Positions 31,615-42,515 of a DNA stretch of 49,675 nt are shown here, one piece after another. The position numbers were made by a program, and so were the translations under genes. Within the stretch, counting starts at the first letter, position 1, and each line of letters begins with the position of its first letter. Under the pieces are notes generated by a model, which saw only the letters and a list, made by a program, of their open reading frames with translations, was not told where the DNA came from and made no database searches. Source of the stretch: an uncultured Eubacteriales bacterium (GTDB lineage Bacteria > Bacillota > Proteinivoracia > Proteinivoracales > Proteinivoracaceae); NCBI GenBank assembly GCA_964474005.1, contig CAYYRM010000001.1, forward strand, positions 1-49,675, read 5' to 3'.

Positions 31615-32571
31615 ATGCAAAGAATTTCAACTAAATCCATTGTGGAAGGCGCGATGCTTCTAGGGATACTTGTAATACTAAGCATCTTAACAATGTATGC
31701 ACCAGTGCTTGGGGTTCTAACATTTATTGTTTTACCAATGCCAGTTTTGTTTGCTATATTTAGACATAACTTCAAGATAGCAGTTATGATAGGGTTCCTA
31801 TCTGTGATACTTTTAATTATAGTTGGAATCAATCCTGCCAGTGCAATGATAAATTCCATTTATGCAACATTAACTGGTTTAGCTTTAGGGTATGGTTTCT
31901 CAAGAAGAATAAGACCAACTATAACATTAATTTTAACCAGTGCTGCTATTTTATTGGCTGGTATAATAATTGTGTACATCTCTGCTGCATTTTTACAGAT
32001 AAATATAATAAACCAAGCAATTGACGCTCAAATTACAGCTTTCGAGACTGTGGTGGAGTTTGTATGGGGTTTGTCAGATAGATATCCAGCTATCAGTGAG
32101 CTTTTTCGCATTCCTGATAATAGAGAGGACCTTGAAATATTCAAGGGCGATTTAAGAGTTAATATAATATTTATTCTACCGGCAGTGTTAGCGATGGTTG
32201 CCGTTATCTATGGTTTTTTAAATTTTGTTGTTGCCAGGTTAGTTCTTAAAAGGTTTAGGATAGACACCAGCCCTTTACCACACTTTATAAATTGGAGATT
32301 TGGTGATTGGTTAATATGGGTTTTCGTTTTTTCATTTCTATTATCTATGATTGCTCCTATACAGTTAAGATACATAGCTTATAATGTTAATCAAATAGCT
32401 ATGATTGGAATTGTTATTCAAGGAGCTGCTGTAACTTTTTACTTAATTTCAAAAAAAATTAACTCTATTTTTATAAAGGTACTAGTTGTTTCTTTTATCG
32501 CGGTGTTTTTTTCACCTATAGCAATGCTAATAGGGATTGTAGACTTTTTCTGGAATTTTAGACGTATATAA
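31615..32571 (+). CDS. YybS / DUF2232 family membrane protein
   Basis: TKSIVEGAML, LPMPV, PHFINWRF, QGAAV, GIVDFFWNFRR. Confidence 0.88.
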   Translation: MQRISTKSIVEGAMLLGILVILSILTMYAPVLGVLTFIVLPMPVLFAIFRHNFKIAVMIGFLSVILLIIVGINPASAMINSIYATLTGLALGYGFSRRIRPTITLILTSAAILLAGIIIVYISAAFLQINIINQAIDAQITAFETVVEFVWGLSDRYPAISELFRIPDNREDLEIFKGDLRVNIIFILPAVLAMVAVIYGFLNFVVARLVLKRFRIDTSPLPHFINWRFGDWLIWVFVFSFLLSMIAPIQLRYIAYNVNQIAMIGIVIQGAAVTFYLISKKINSIFIKVLVVSFIAVFFSPIAMLIGIVDFFWNFRRI

Positions 32572-32585
32572 GGGAGGTTTCTTTG

Positions 32586-33026
32586 ATGAAAGTGATTATG
32601 CTACAAACAGTTAAAAAAGTAGGACAAGAAGGTCAAGTACTTGAAGTTTCTGAAGGCTATGCAAGGAATTTTTTAATTCCTAAGGGTTATGCTGTAGAAG
32701 CATCAAAAGGTAATGTAAAGACCCTAGATGAGAAAAAACAAGCTGACTCAAGAAAAAAGGAAAAGGAATTAGAAGAAGCAAATAAATTAGCGGGAACAAT
32801 TGCTAAAACAGAAATTAAAATAACTGCTAAATCCGGTGAAGGTGGAAAACTATTTGGGTCAGTGACATCTAAAGATATTGCAGAATTATTGGCTAAAAAG
32901 GGAATCAAGATTGACAAGCGCAAGATAGAATTATCAGACCCAATTAAAAGTTTAGGTGAATATAAAATTAACGTAAAATTATACCCTGAAATAAACGCAG
33001 AACTAAAAGTAATCATTACTGAATAA
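32586..33026 (+). CDS. rplI: 50S ribosomal protein L9
   Basis: MKVIMLQTVKKVG...GYARNFLIPKG...GKLFGSVT...PIKSLG. Confidence 0.98.
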   Translation: MKVIMLQTVKKVGQEGQVLEVSEGYARNFLIPKGYAVEASKGNVKTLDEKKQADSRKKEKELEEANKLAGTIAKTEIKITAKSGEGGKLFGSVTSKDIAELLAKKGIKIDKRKIELSDPIKSLGEYKINVKLYPEINAELKVIITE

Positions 33027-33048
33027 CACCTAGAATATAGGTGTTATT
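33022..33048. terminator. Hairpin/terminator after rplI
   Basis: AATAACACCTA-gaata-TAGGTGTTATT. Confidence 0.6.
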
Positions 33049-33099
33049 GTTTTTAACAGTTTGATAATGGGGTATGATATAAAAAAAGGAGGTAAAAAG

Positions 33100-34209
33100 A
33101 TGGTTAAGGAACAAAGATTAGTTGATTTGTTTTTTGAACTAGTTAAAATCGATAGCATAACCAGAGCAGAAGGTGAAGTGGCCCGTAGACTTAAAGAAAA
33201 ATTAGAAGAGCTTGGGGCTCATGTGTATGTGGATGGGGCGGGGGAAAAGGTAGGTTCAAATACAGGTAATATCATAGCAAAACTTAAAGGAAATACACAG
33301 AAGCCTGCTATTTTATTTTCTTGTCACATGGACACAGTGGTACCTGGGACGGGAATAATTCCGATAATTAAAGAAGGAGTTATTTATAGTCAAGGAGAAA
33401 CAATTTTAGCATCGGATGATAAAGCTGGTATAGCAGCAATAATTGAAGCATTAACAGTTCTAAAGGAAAAGAATATAGACCATGGTGACATTGAAGTGGT
33501 TTTCACAATCGCAGAAGAAGGTGGTCTTTTTGGAGTTAAAAATTTAGAACATGAGAAACTCACAGCTAAAATAGGTTATGTCCTTGATAGTGATGGAAAA
33601 CCAGGTACAATTATTGTACAAGGTCCTGCTCAGGATAAAATAGATGTTGTTGTAAAAGGTAAGTCGGCTCACGCTGGGGTAAGTCCTGAAGAAGGGATAA
33701 GCGCAATTCAGGTGGCATCTCATGCCATAGCTAAAATGAAACTATTAAGAATAGATGAGGATACCACTGCAAATATTGGAGTAATTTCTGGTGGAACTGC
33801 AACAAACATAGTAACAGATAAAGTTGAAATTAAGGCGGAGGCCAGAAGTGTTGTTAATGAGAAACTTGATAAACAGACAAATCATATGGTTCAGTGTTTT
33901 AAAGATGCTGCAAAGGAATTCGGGACTGAGGTAGATGTTAAAACAGAAAGGGTTTACTCTGCATTTAGCCTAACGGAAAAAGACATGGTGGTGAAAAATG
34001 CCATTGAGGTAGCTCAAAAACTTAATTTTGAAGTGAAGTTGAAGGCAACAGGTGGTGGCTCAGATACTAATATATTAAATACCTATGGAATTTCCTGTAT
34101 AAATCTAGGCATTGGAATGAATAAGCCTCATACAACTGAAGAAAACATTTCCGTAGAAGACTTATTGAATAGTTCAAAATACGTACTGGAATTAATTAAA
34201 AATATATAG
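33100..34209 (+). CDS. M20 family peptidase T-like metallohydrolase (YqjE-like)
   Basis: HMDTV, ASDDKAG, EEGGL, GGGSD, PHTTEE; ATG 33100 after AAGGAGGT. Confidence 0.9.
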   Translation: MVKEQRLVDLFFELVKIDSITRAEGEVARRLKEKLEELGAHVYVDGAGEKVGSNTGNIIAKLKGNTQKPAILFSCHMDTVVPGTGIIPIIKEGVIYSQGETILASDDKAGIAAIIEALTVLKEKNIDHGDIEVVFTIAEEGGLFGVKNLEHEKLTAKIGYVLDSDGKPGTIIVQGPAQDKIDVVVKGKSAHAGVSPEEGISAIQVASHAIAKMKLLRIDEDTTANIGVISGGTATNIVTDKVEIKAEARSVVNEKLDKQTNHMVQCFKDAAKEFGTEVDVKTERVYSAFSLTEKDMVVKNAIEVAQKLNFEVKLKATGGGSDTNILNTYGISCINLGIGMNKPHTTEENISVEDLLNSSKYVLELIKNI

Positions 34210-34218
34210 TGGAACAAT

Positions 34219-34245
34219 AAAAACTCCAATATTTTGGAGTTTTTT
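34219..34245 (+). terminator. Terminator after the peptidase gene
   Basis: AAAACTCCAA-tatt-TTGGAGTTTT-TT. Confidence 0.75.
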
Positions 34246-34286
34246 CACCTTTTTATGAATACTTATTATAGTAGGGAGGTGAAGAA

Positions 34287-36197
34287 ATGCTTTCACTGGT
34301 AATTATAGTAGATAATAACAAGATTAATGCCATGTTAGAAGAAATCATGGAAATAATAAACGAAATAATTATTATCAACTTAAAAGGCTATAAAATTGAT
34401 AGCATAGAGGAACCATATGCTTCCAAAGTTAGTAAGACTTTTAACGATATAGACATATACGATGGAGACCAATTTAACAAGTGTTTTGAGGATATTAAAG
34501 GGCATTGGTTTATGGTGATAAAATCTAATGAGAGAATAAAAGTTGACAAAAGGGATCTTTTGAGTAAAATAAGCAAATCAAATAATAACTGTTTATATAT
34601 TAAAGTTTTGTTTCAATTTAAGTTAAAAAGAACTGTAGGTCAGTTTACTGAATTTCAAAGGAGAATAATTAGGAAAGAAAAATGCGCAACATATAATAAC
34701 TACCATTGGCTAGAATTCAATGATAAACCAAGGGAGGCTGAAAGAATTTCCGGGGAAATAGAAAATTTTGGATATTTAGACAAAGAGATATTAGAACAAA
34801 CCTCTAAATCATTATTTGCTAAGCTCGAGATAAATGATATTGAAAAAAATTTAGAGATACGAGCTATGCTAGGTTTTTATAATTTCTTAATTAAGAAAGA
34901 TGATTTAGCCCTTAATTATCTATTAGAAGTTTGGCATAATATGCATAAGAAAAGGGAAACGGGTATAAAAATAGCAATTCTTATTAGTTTATTTTACTAT
35001 GAAAAGAATAAACCCATGCAATCCATTGATTTTTTAAATCGTGCCATTGAACTATATCCAGAGTCTTTGGAACTACAACTATATAAAGGAGTTGCCTATA
35101 AAGAAGTTAACAACCTCCCATTGGCCATAAGTACATTATTTAAAGCTAACAAAAATAATGAAAATCCAGGTTATATCCCTTACGTAAAAGATGCAGAGAT
35201 TTTAATAAATGAAACATTAGGTGATATTTTTCAAACATTAGAAATTCATGATAGAGCCATTGACGCTTTTACAGAAGCCATCAGGAAAAAGGCAAAAAAA
35301 GAGATTATAGAAAAAATAGTAAAATCTTTAAAGGCTAAGAAAACAAATTCTAAAGAAATTCTAGATTTCTTTTACTTAAAAGTAAAACTTCAGGGAAAAT
35401 TTCATAGTCTTTTACTAGCCTTTGGTTTATATAATAATGGATATTATAAAGAAACAATAGAAATTTGTAAAACCATACAAAATGCCGAGGCAATCCTTTT
35501 GCAAATAAAAGCATTGATAAATACCGGTGAAATAAATGAAGCCAAGGACATGTTAAGGGAAATAGACCCCAATGAGAGATATTATATATATTTGCTATAT
35601 GAATCCATAATATTAAACATAATTATTGACAGAATTGACCTTTGCCATATATCCTTGAAAAAAATAATACTATTGAAAAATCATAGTCCATTGGATCTTT
35701 TATGTTACCTAATCAATTATCAAATGGAAGTTTCTAAAGCAGTTATGGATAACGAAGAAATAACATATTTATTGAAAAGAATAGCTGAAACGGGCAATGT
35801 AGAAATTATAGAGAAGACGGAAGAATATTTAGCAAAGGGTGTTTACCAAAATGAATATCAGCTGCTTTTCGGCAACATTCTTAATGATCTAGGGTTCAGA
35901 TTTTTAGCTTTAAGTAATTATAAAATAGCACTCCAAAATGGTTACTTAGACTTCCAATCAGCAATGGCTTTGGGTGATTATACTTTAGAGGCTGACGAAT
36001 ACGTTACGGCAGAAAAATTATATAGAAAAGCCATGGAATTAAATCCGTATCACTATGATCCCTATAAAAGATTAACTCAAATTTATCTACTTGAAGCTGA
36101 TAACTTTTTACAAATAGCTCAGGAGATAACTCTGCATCCTAAAAAACTTCTGGGTAAAAGGCAGGGAATACAAAATATAATAAATTCATTGGAATAA
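34287..36197 (+). CDS. TPR-repeat protein with a degenerate N-terminal GT2-like domain
   Basis: RBS GGGAGGTG; N-terminus parallels clostridial GT2-TPR proteins; TPR signatures (FLNRAIELYP, LYRKAMELNP). Confidence 0.7.
   Translation: MLSLVIIVDNNKINAMLEEIMEIINEIIIINLKGYKIDSIEEPYASKVSKTFNDIDIYDGDQFNKCFEDIKGHWFMVIKSNERIKVDKRDLLSKISKSNNNCLYIKVLFQFKLKRTVGQFTEFQRRIIRKEKCATYNNYHWLEFNDKPREAERISGEIENFGYLDKEILEQTSKSLFAKLEINDIEKNLEIRAMLGFYNFLIKKDDLALNYLLEVWHNMHKKRETGIKIAILISLFYYEKNKPMQSIDFLNRAIELYPESLELQLYKGVAYKEVNNLPLAISTLFKANKNNENPGYIPYVKDAEILINETLGDIFQTLEIHDRAIDAFTEAIRKKAKKEIIEKIVKSLKAKKTNSKEILDFFYLKVKLQGKFHSLLLAFGLYNNGYYKETIEICKTIQNAEAILLQIKALINTGEINEAKDMLREIDPNERYYIYLLYESIILNIIIDRIDLCHISLKKIILLKNHSPLDLLCYLINYQMEVSKAVMDNEEITYLLKRIAETGNVEIIEKTEEYLAKGVYQNEYQLLFGNILNDLGFRFLALSNYKIALQNGYLDFQSAMALGDYTLEADEYVTAEKLYRKAMELNPYHYDPYKRLTQIYLLEADNFLQIAQEITLHPKKLLGKRQGIQNIINSLE
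34746..34759. promoter_or_regulatory. Candidate Noc-binding site
   Basis: ATTTCCGGGGAAAT, one mismatch to the NBS palindrome ATTTCCCGGGAAAT. Confidence 0.45.
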
Positions 36198-36270
36198 GAC
36201 TATAACCCTCTAAAAAGAGGGTTATAATATTTATAAGGTCTAACTCCAATTTAAAGAATACCAAGGTGTA

Positions 36271-36312
36271 AAAACGAACAAAAAAGCAAATTACTGTATG
36301 AATGTTCGTATT
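36271..36312. promoter_or_regulatory. Paired PurBoxes (Bacillus-type PurR operator)
   Basis: AAAACGAACA...TGTTCGTA with GAAC-N24-GTTC spacing, just upstream of a promoter and two genes ending in purA. Confidence 0.75.
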
Positions 36313-36318
36313 ATGCTG

Positions 36319-36347
36319 TTGACTCCAAGGTTATTTTTGGTTAAACT
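36319..36347 (+). promoter_or_regulatory. Sigma-A promoter of the flavoprotein-purA operon
   Basis: TTGACT-17 bp-TAAACT. Confidence 0.7.
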
Positions 36348-36382
36348 AGCAGAGGATTAAATAAACCAAGGAGGTAATCACC

Positions 36383-37786
36383 ATGACTAAATATGATGTA
36401 ATTGTTGTTGGTGCAGGGCCCGCAGGAATTTTTACAGCTTTAGAGTTAGTTAAAATTGATTCCAATAAAAAGGTACTGGTTTTAGATAAAGGCAGGACAA
36501 TAGAAGATAGAAAATGCCCACTTAGAACCCTTCAAAAATGTGTACATTGTAAACCATGTGGTATTGTCAATGGATGGTCAGGAGCAGGGGCTTTTAGTGA
36601 TGGAAAACTATCCTTATCTCCAGAAGTGGGAGGAAGAATCACTGAATATATGGAATACCAAGAGGCACAGAGCATGATTAAATATGTTGATGATGTATAC
36701 TTAAGCTTTGGAGCTTCTGGAACAGTGCATGGTCTGGATAATAAAAAAGTAGAAGATATAATGTATGATGCTTCAAAACATAACATTAAGTTAGTACCTT
36801 GCCCAGTAAGACATTTAGGGACTGATTTAGGGTACGAAGTTTTAAAAAACATGTATCTAAAGCTGAAAGAGGAAAGTAACTTTACCTTTGTGGAGCTAAC
36901 AGAGGTGAAAGAGGTAATAATAGAGGCTGAGGAAGTTAAAGGAGTTATAGCTGTAAATAAGAAAAAAGAAGAGATAACATATTTTGCAGATAATGTTGTA
37001 TTGGCTCCAGGCAGGGGCGGAGCTGGATGGTTAGAAAAGTTAATGAAGGCCAACAAAATTAAAACTGAAAATAACGAAGTAGACATTGGTGTTAGAGTAG
37101 AAGTTCCAAATTCAGTTGTTGATCATTTGACAAAGGACCTATATGAACCGAAACTAGTGTATTACTCAGATACCTTTGAAAATAAGGTTCGATCTTTTTG
37201 TGTAAATCCTGGAGGATTTGTATCTGAAGAACACTATGATGAAAATTTAGCAGTGGTCAATGGACATAGTTTTGGAGATGCAAAACATAAAAGTGAGAAT
37301 ACTAATTTTGCTTTATTGGTATCAACCAAATTTACAGAACCATTTGACCAGCCCATAGAGTATGGTAAGTATATAGCTAAACTTGGAAACATGATAACAG
37401 GTGGTGGTATACTGGTACAAAGGTTGGGGGACCTATTAAACGGAAGGCGAACCAATCCCCATAGACTTGCTAAATCTACCACGGTTCCAACCTTAAAAAG
37501 TGCTGTTCCTGGGGATTTGAGTTTTGTTCTACCACAAAGATATTTAACTTCTATTGTTGAGACCTTAAAAGCATTTGACAAAATTGCTCCAGGAATTTAC
37601 TCTAAAAACACATTACTTTATGGGGTTGAGGTTAAATTCTATTCTTCTAAGGTTCAAGTAAATGAAAATTTCGAGACTGCCATAAAAGGATTATATACCA
37701 TCGGTGATGGTGCAGGGCTTACCCGTGGTCTAATGCAAGCTTCAGTATCAGGAGTGGTGGTAGCTAGGGATATTTGCAAAGAATAG
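36383..37786 (+). CDS. Uncharacterised NAD(P)/FAD-dependent oxidoreductase with a four-Cys cluster
   Basis: GAGPAG Rossmann motif, C-x7-C-x2-C-x2-C, GAGAFSDGKL, VDIGVRVE, YGVEVKFYS, GDGAGLTRGL. Confidence 0.88.
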   Translation: MTKYDVIVVGAGPAGIFTALELVKIDSNKKVLVLDKGRTIEDRKCPLRTLQKCVHCKPCGIVNGWSGAGAFSDGKLSLSPEVGGRITEYMEYQEAQSMIKYVDDVYLSFGASGTVHGLDNKKVEDIMYDASKHNIKLVPCPVRHLGTDLGYEVLKNMYLKLKEESNFTFVELTEVKEVIIEAEEVKGVIAVNKKKEEITYFADNVVLAPGRGGAGWLEKLMKANKIKTENNEVDIGVRVEVPNSVVDHLTKDLYEPKLVYYSDTFENKVRSFCVNPGGFVSEEHYDENLAVVNGHSFGDAKHKSENTNFALLVSTKFTEPFDQPIEYGKYIAKLGNMITGGGILVQRLGDLLNGRRTNPHRLAKSTTVPTLKSAVPGDLSFVLPQRYLTSIVETLKAFDKIAPGIYSKNTLLYGVEVKFYSSKVQVNENFETAIKGLYTIGDGAGLTRGLMQASVSGVVVARDICKE

Positions 37787-37790
37787 TTAA

Positions 37791-39086
<1,296 letters not shown>

Positions 39087-39129
39087 TTGAAGTAGAAAAA
39101 TTTAGCAGAATAAAAAATATGAAAAAGTG

Positions 39130-39158
39130 TTGACATTAACACCACTCCATAGTATTAT
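39130..39158 (+). promoter_or_regulatory. tRNA cluster sigma-A promoter
   Basis: TTGACA-17 bp-TATTAT. Confidence 0.8.
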
Positions 39159-39175
39159 AATAAATGTGCCTGTGA

Positions 39176-39251
39176 GAGCCATTAGCTCAGTCGGTAGAGC
39201 ACCTGACTTTTAATCAGGGTGTCCCGCGTTCGAGTCGCGGATGGCTCACCA
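39176..39251 (+). tRNA. tRNA-Lys(TTT)
   Basis: Acceptor GAGCCAT/ATGGCTC, anticodon loop CT-TTT-AA, TTCGA, encoded CCA. Confidence 0.97.
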
Positions 39252-39256
39252 TTTTT

Positions 39257-39331
39257 GGCCCCTTGGTCAAGCGGTTAAGACACCGCCCTTTCACGGCGGT
39301 AACAGGGGTTCGAGTCCCCTAGGGGTCACCA
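39257..39331 (+). tRNA. tRNA-Glu(TTC)
   Basis: Acceptor GGCCCCT/AGGGGTC, anticodon loop CT-TTC-AC, encoded CCA. Confidence 0.97.
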
Positions 39332-39340
39332 TATATTATT

Positions 39341-39417
39341 GGAGCTGTGGTGTAGAGGCCTAACATGCCTGCCTGTCACGCAGGAGATCGCGAGTTCGAA
39401 TCTCGTCAGCTCCGCCA
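39341..39417 (+). tRNA. tRNA-Asp(GTC)
   Basis: Acceptor GGAGCTG/CAGCTCC, anticodon loop CT-GTC-AC, encoded CCA. Confidence 0.97.
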
Positions 39418-39422
39418 TATTT

Positions 39423-39498
<76 letters not shown>

Positions 39499-39513
39499 TT
39501 TTCAATAAAAAGT

Positions 39514-39539
39514 AACATCCTTTTAAAGGATGTTTTTTT
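39514..39539 (+). terminator. Terminator of the tRNA cluster
   Basis: AACATCCTT-tta-AAGGATGTT followed by a T-run. Confidence 0.8.
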
Positions 39540-39594
39540 ATTTATCATGGTATTTACAATTAATTTGGTAATAATGGTAATTGAGGTGACATGC

Positions 39595-39999
39595 ATGGCA
39601 ATCACATTATTAGTTGCAATTGCGTTATTCAATTTTTTAATATCATATACCCACATAGTTTTTAACTCAGTGATACTAGGACAGATCCTATTTATAACAC
39701 AAATAATTTTCTGGATTGTGGGTGGAATTCTATTAACACGGCAAAGCGAACAGTTAGCAACCATAATAAATCATTCATTTATCTTAACTATACCAAGCAT
39801 ATTTTTAGTAGTGTTAGATTCAATTAAAATAGCAATTTTGGGATACTGTGATAATTTGTCTAGGTATTGGCTGGGTCCCACTGAAGATTATTTAAGGCTA
39901 TTACCCTTAGGCAACTGGCATAGTCTTTTTGTGATGGCACTATTTCCATCCATCCTAATACTTACTGCTATCTTAACTAAAAGGAATATAAAACAATAA
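39595..39999 (+). CDS. Hypothetical membrane protein (about 134 aa, about 4 TM)
   Basis: GAGGTG RBS before ATG 39595; the longer ORF overlaps tRNA-Phe and is not credible. Confidence 0.6.
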   Translation: MAITLLVAIALFNFLISYTHIVFNSVILGQILFITQIIFWIVGGILLTRQSEQLATIINHSFILTIPSIFLVVLDSIKIAILGYCDNLSRYWLGPTEDYLRLLPLGNWHSLFVMALFPSILILTAILTKRNIKQ

Positions 40000-40065
40000 T
40001 TAAATCATAAAATGAAAAAACCTTAAATATAATATTTATAAAATTTATATATAAGGGAGTTTTAT

Positions 40066-41004
40066 ATGTCCATACTAGAAAGTTTTGGTTTTGTTGTGTC
40101 ATTGGGTATATTTTTAATAATACTTAAAAGTTTCGCTAAATCTTGTCAGCAAATGGTTGGACTATCCCAAAGACAAGATTTTTTAAAGAAAAAGTCTGTA
40201 CTGACATTGGCAATTTTAGGTGCAATTATGACGGCAATTGCCCAAAGTAGTAGTGTCATAATGGTAATGACAATTGGACTAGTTGAATCAAATGTATTAA
40301 CAAAAAAAAATGGTCTAGCATTGATACTGGGTACAGAAATAGGAACCACAACCACAGCTCAATTACTAAGTTTGCCTAAAGAAATGATTTTTTACATAAT
40401 GCCATTTCTCATAATTGTAGCAATGGTTGTCCCTAGGCTAAGAAAACTCGTAAAACCCATGATTTGGTTTACATTATTAATTTCATCCATGACCATAATG
40501 GCAATTCCCCTAGAGGGCTTAACAAGTGATGGGACCAACAATGTTTTGAGGGAATTATTGGTAAGGTCTAACGGTAATCGTTTTTTAGGGATAGTTATAG
40601 GATTTGGATTCACAGCATTAATCCAAAGTAGTAGTGCTTTAACGGCACTGGCCATGAACCTTGCCAGGGCTGGTGTATTAAAATTAAGTGGTGCCTTTGC
40701 ATTGGTGGTTGGTGCAAACTTAGGTACATGCATAACTGGATTTATAGCCAGCTTTGCATTTTCTAAATCTGTAAAGACCATGGTTGTTGGTCAGATAATG
40801 TTTAATTTTTTAGGAGTAATTCTTATGCTGACTATTTTTGATCCTTTCTTAGAATTAGTAGTGTTAATTACTAAGTCTGGCCTTGTGGAAAGGCAAATAG
40901 CCAATGGTCAGACCATATTTAATCTTTTATCATTTATATTGGTATTACCTTTTTATTCATATTTTTTTAATTTAGTTAATAAAATTACTATGAAAGTATT
41001 ATAA
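40066..41004 (+). CDS. Na/Pi cotransporter family protein, short YqeW-like form without PhoU domains
   Basis: Two repeats TAIAQSSS...GTEIGTT and TALIQSSS...GANLGT. Confidence 0.85.
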   Translation: MSILESFGFVVSLGIFLIILKSFAKSCQQMVGLSQRQDFLKKKSVLTLAILGAIMTAIAQSSSVIMVMTIGLVESNVLTKKNGLALILGTEIGTTTTAQLLSLPKEMIFYIMPFLIIVAMVVPRLRKLVKPMIWFTLLISSMTIMAIPLEGLTSDGTNNVLRELLVRSNGNRFLGIVIGFGFTALIQSSSALTALAMNLARAGVLKLSGAFALVVGANLGTCITGFIASFAFSKSVKTMVVGQIMFNFLGVILMLTIFDPFLELVVLITKSGLVERQIANGQTIFNLLSFILVLPFYSYFFNLVNKITMKVL

Positions 41005-41017
41005 AAATAAAAAAAAT

Positions 41018-41044
41018 AGAGGAATATTGAGATTTATGTAGAAT
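41018..41044 (+). promoter_or_regulatory. Sigma-H-type promoter upstream of the LysM-G5-M23 gene
   Basis: AGAGGAATA-11 bp-GTAGAAT. Confidence 0.7.
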
Positions 41045-41084
41045 AGAAATAGGTAGACCGAAAGTGGAAAGGGGTGATTTGAAG

Positions 41085-42488
41085 GTGAACCTTAGCATCC
41101 CCAAAATTGCGACTCAATGGCAAAAGGGAGTCGTAAGCCTAATAATTGTTGCATTACTTTTGACACTTGGATATCACGGATATACTAATTACGAACCAGG
41201 GTTCGTATATGTGGTAGCTATTAACGGGCAAGAAGTGGGGACTGTTAGACAACAAGAAGAGCTTACAAAAATTATTAAACACTTAACGGATCTAGAAAGA
41301 GAAAAAACAGGATATCATGTAATGATTGTTGAAGAAATATCAACAAGTCGTGAGTTTCAATTTCATCCAGAAATTCATTTGCCAAATTTGCAATTCAACA
41401 TTCAACAACTTGTAAGCTATGAGGCTTCTGGTACATTAATACTGGTAGAAAATGAGCCAGTGGTAATTGTAGAGAATGAAGCCATAGCTAGCCAGGTTAT
41501 TGAAGAGGTAACAGAATACTATCTTGGACTAGTAAAAGGTAAAATAGTTAACCAGCCAAAAATTTTAAATGAGCTTTCATTTAAGAATGTGGCTGTGGAC
41601 CCAGAGCAGATAGTGGATTTTGAGTCTGCAAAAACATTACTCATGCGTGGAACAACTAACTATGAAACCTATACTGTATCAAGAAATGATAGCCTATGGG
41701 ATATTGCAAATAGAGCAAATATGACTGTTGATGAATTGAGAAAGGCCAACAACTTAGACTCAAACGTTTTAAGGGTTGGACAACAGCTCATGTTAACAGT
41801 GGCAGAGCCTATACTAGAAGTGGAAGTAGTAGAAGAAGTTTCAACATTTGAATCAATTCCTTTTGCAACTCAATGGAGAAACAACCCTCGTCTATGGTCA
41901 TGGCAAACAAGGGTGGATACACCTGGTGTCAATGGTAGAAGAGAGGTTGTTTACCGAGTAACAAGCGTTAATGGGCAACAAACAAATAGAGTTCAAATAA
42001 GCTCACAAATTGTTTCCCAACCAGTTACTAGAATTGCAGAAAGGGGAACAGCTAACCTTCCTAATACAGCGGTAGGCAGATTTATGTGGCCATTACCCAA
42101 GGGTGTAGGAACAATCACATCACCATTTGGTAATAGGAGGGACCCTTTTAGTGGTAGAATATCTTTTCATTCTGGGGTTGACGTTGCAGCTGCAGGTGGT
42201 ACGTCTGTTTTTGCAGCGGACTCAGGTACTGTTGCTTTTGCAGGATGGCAAGGTTCTTACGGTAACCTAGTTGTTATCAAACACTCTGGAGGATACGCAA
42301 CATTTTATGCTCACTTACAAAGTATCAGTGTATCCACTGGATCAAACGTATCTAAGGGTCAAATTATTGGACGGGTAGGTACAACTGGTAACTCAACAGG
42401 TAACCATTTACATTTTGAAGTTAGAACTAGTCATTCTTCGGGAGTTAGTGGTAACCCCATAAATCCATTGAATTTTTATTCACCATAA
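41085..42488 (+). CDS. Peptidoglycan DD-endopeptidase with LysM, G5 and M23 domains
   Basis: N-terminal TM; LysM YTVSRNDSLWDIA...LRVGQQL; G5 PGVNGRREV...QPVTRIAERGT; M23 HSGVD, YAHL, GNHLHFEV. Confidence 0.92.
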   Translation: MNLSIPKIATQWQKGVVSLIIVALLLTLGYHGYTNYEPGFVYVVAINGQEVGTVRQQEELTKIIKHLTDLEREKTGYHVMIVEEISTSREFQFHPEIHLPNLQFNIQQLVSYEASGTLILVENEPVVIVENEAIASQVIEEVTEYYLGLVKGKIVNQPKILNELSFKNVAVDPEQIVDFESAKTLLMRGTTNYETYTVSRNDSLWDIANRANMTVDELRKANNLDSNVLRVGQQLMLTVAEPILEVEVVEEVSTFESIPFATQWRNNPRLWSWQTRVDTPGVNGRREVVYRVTSVNGQQTNRVQISSQIVSQPVTRIAERGTANLPNTAVGRFMWPLPKGVGTITSPFGNRRDPFSGRISFHSGVDVAAAGGTSVFAADSGTVAFAGWQGSYGNLVVIKHSGGYATFYAHLQSISVSTGSNVSKGQIIGRVGTTGNSTGNHLHFEVRTSHSSGVSGNPINPLNFYSP

Positions 42489-42515
42489 AACCTGTGGCGT
42501 TTGCCGCAGGTTTTT
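42488..42515 (+). terminator. Terminator after the M23 gene
   Basis: AAACCTGTGGC-gttt-GCCGCAGGTTTTT. Confidence 0.8.

Noticed and set aside
36200-36382. Purine riboswitch upstream of the flavoprotein-purA operon
   Set aside because: No aptamer core was seen and the leader after the promoter is only about 30 nt; PurBoxes explain the region.
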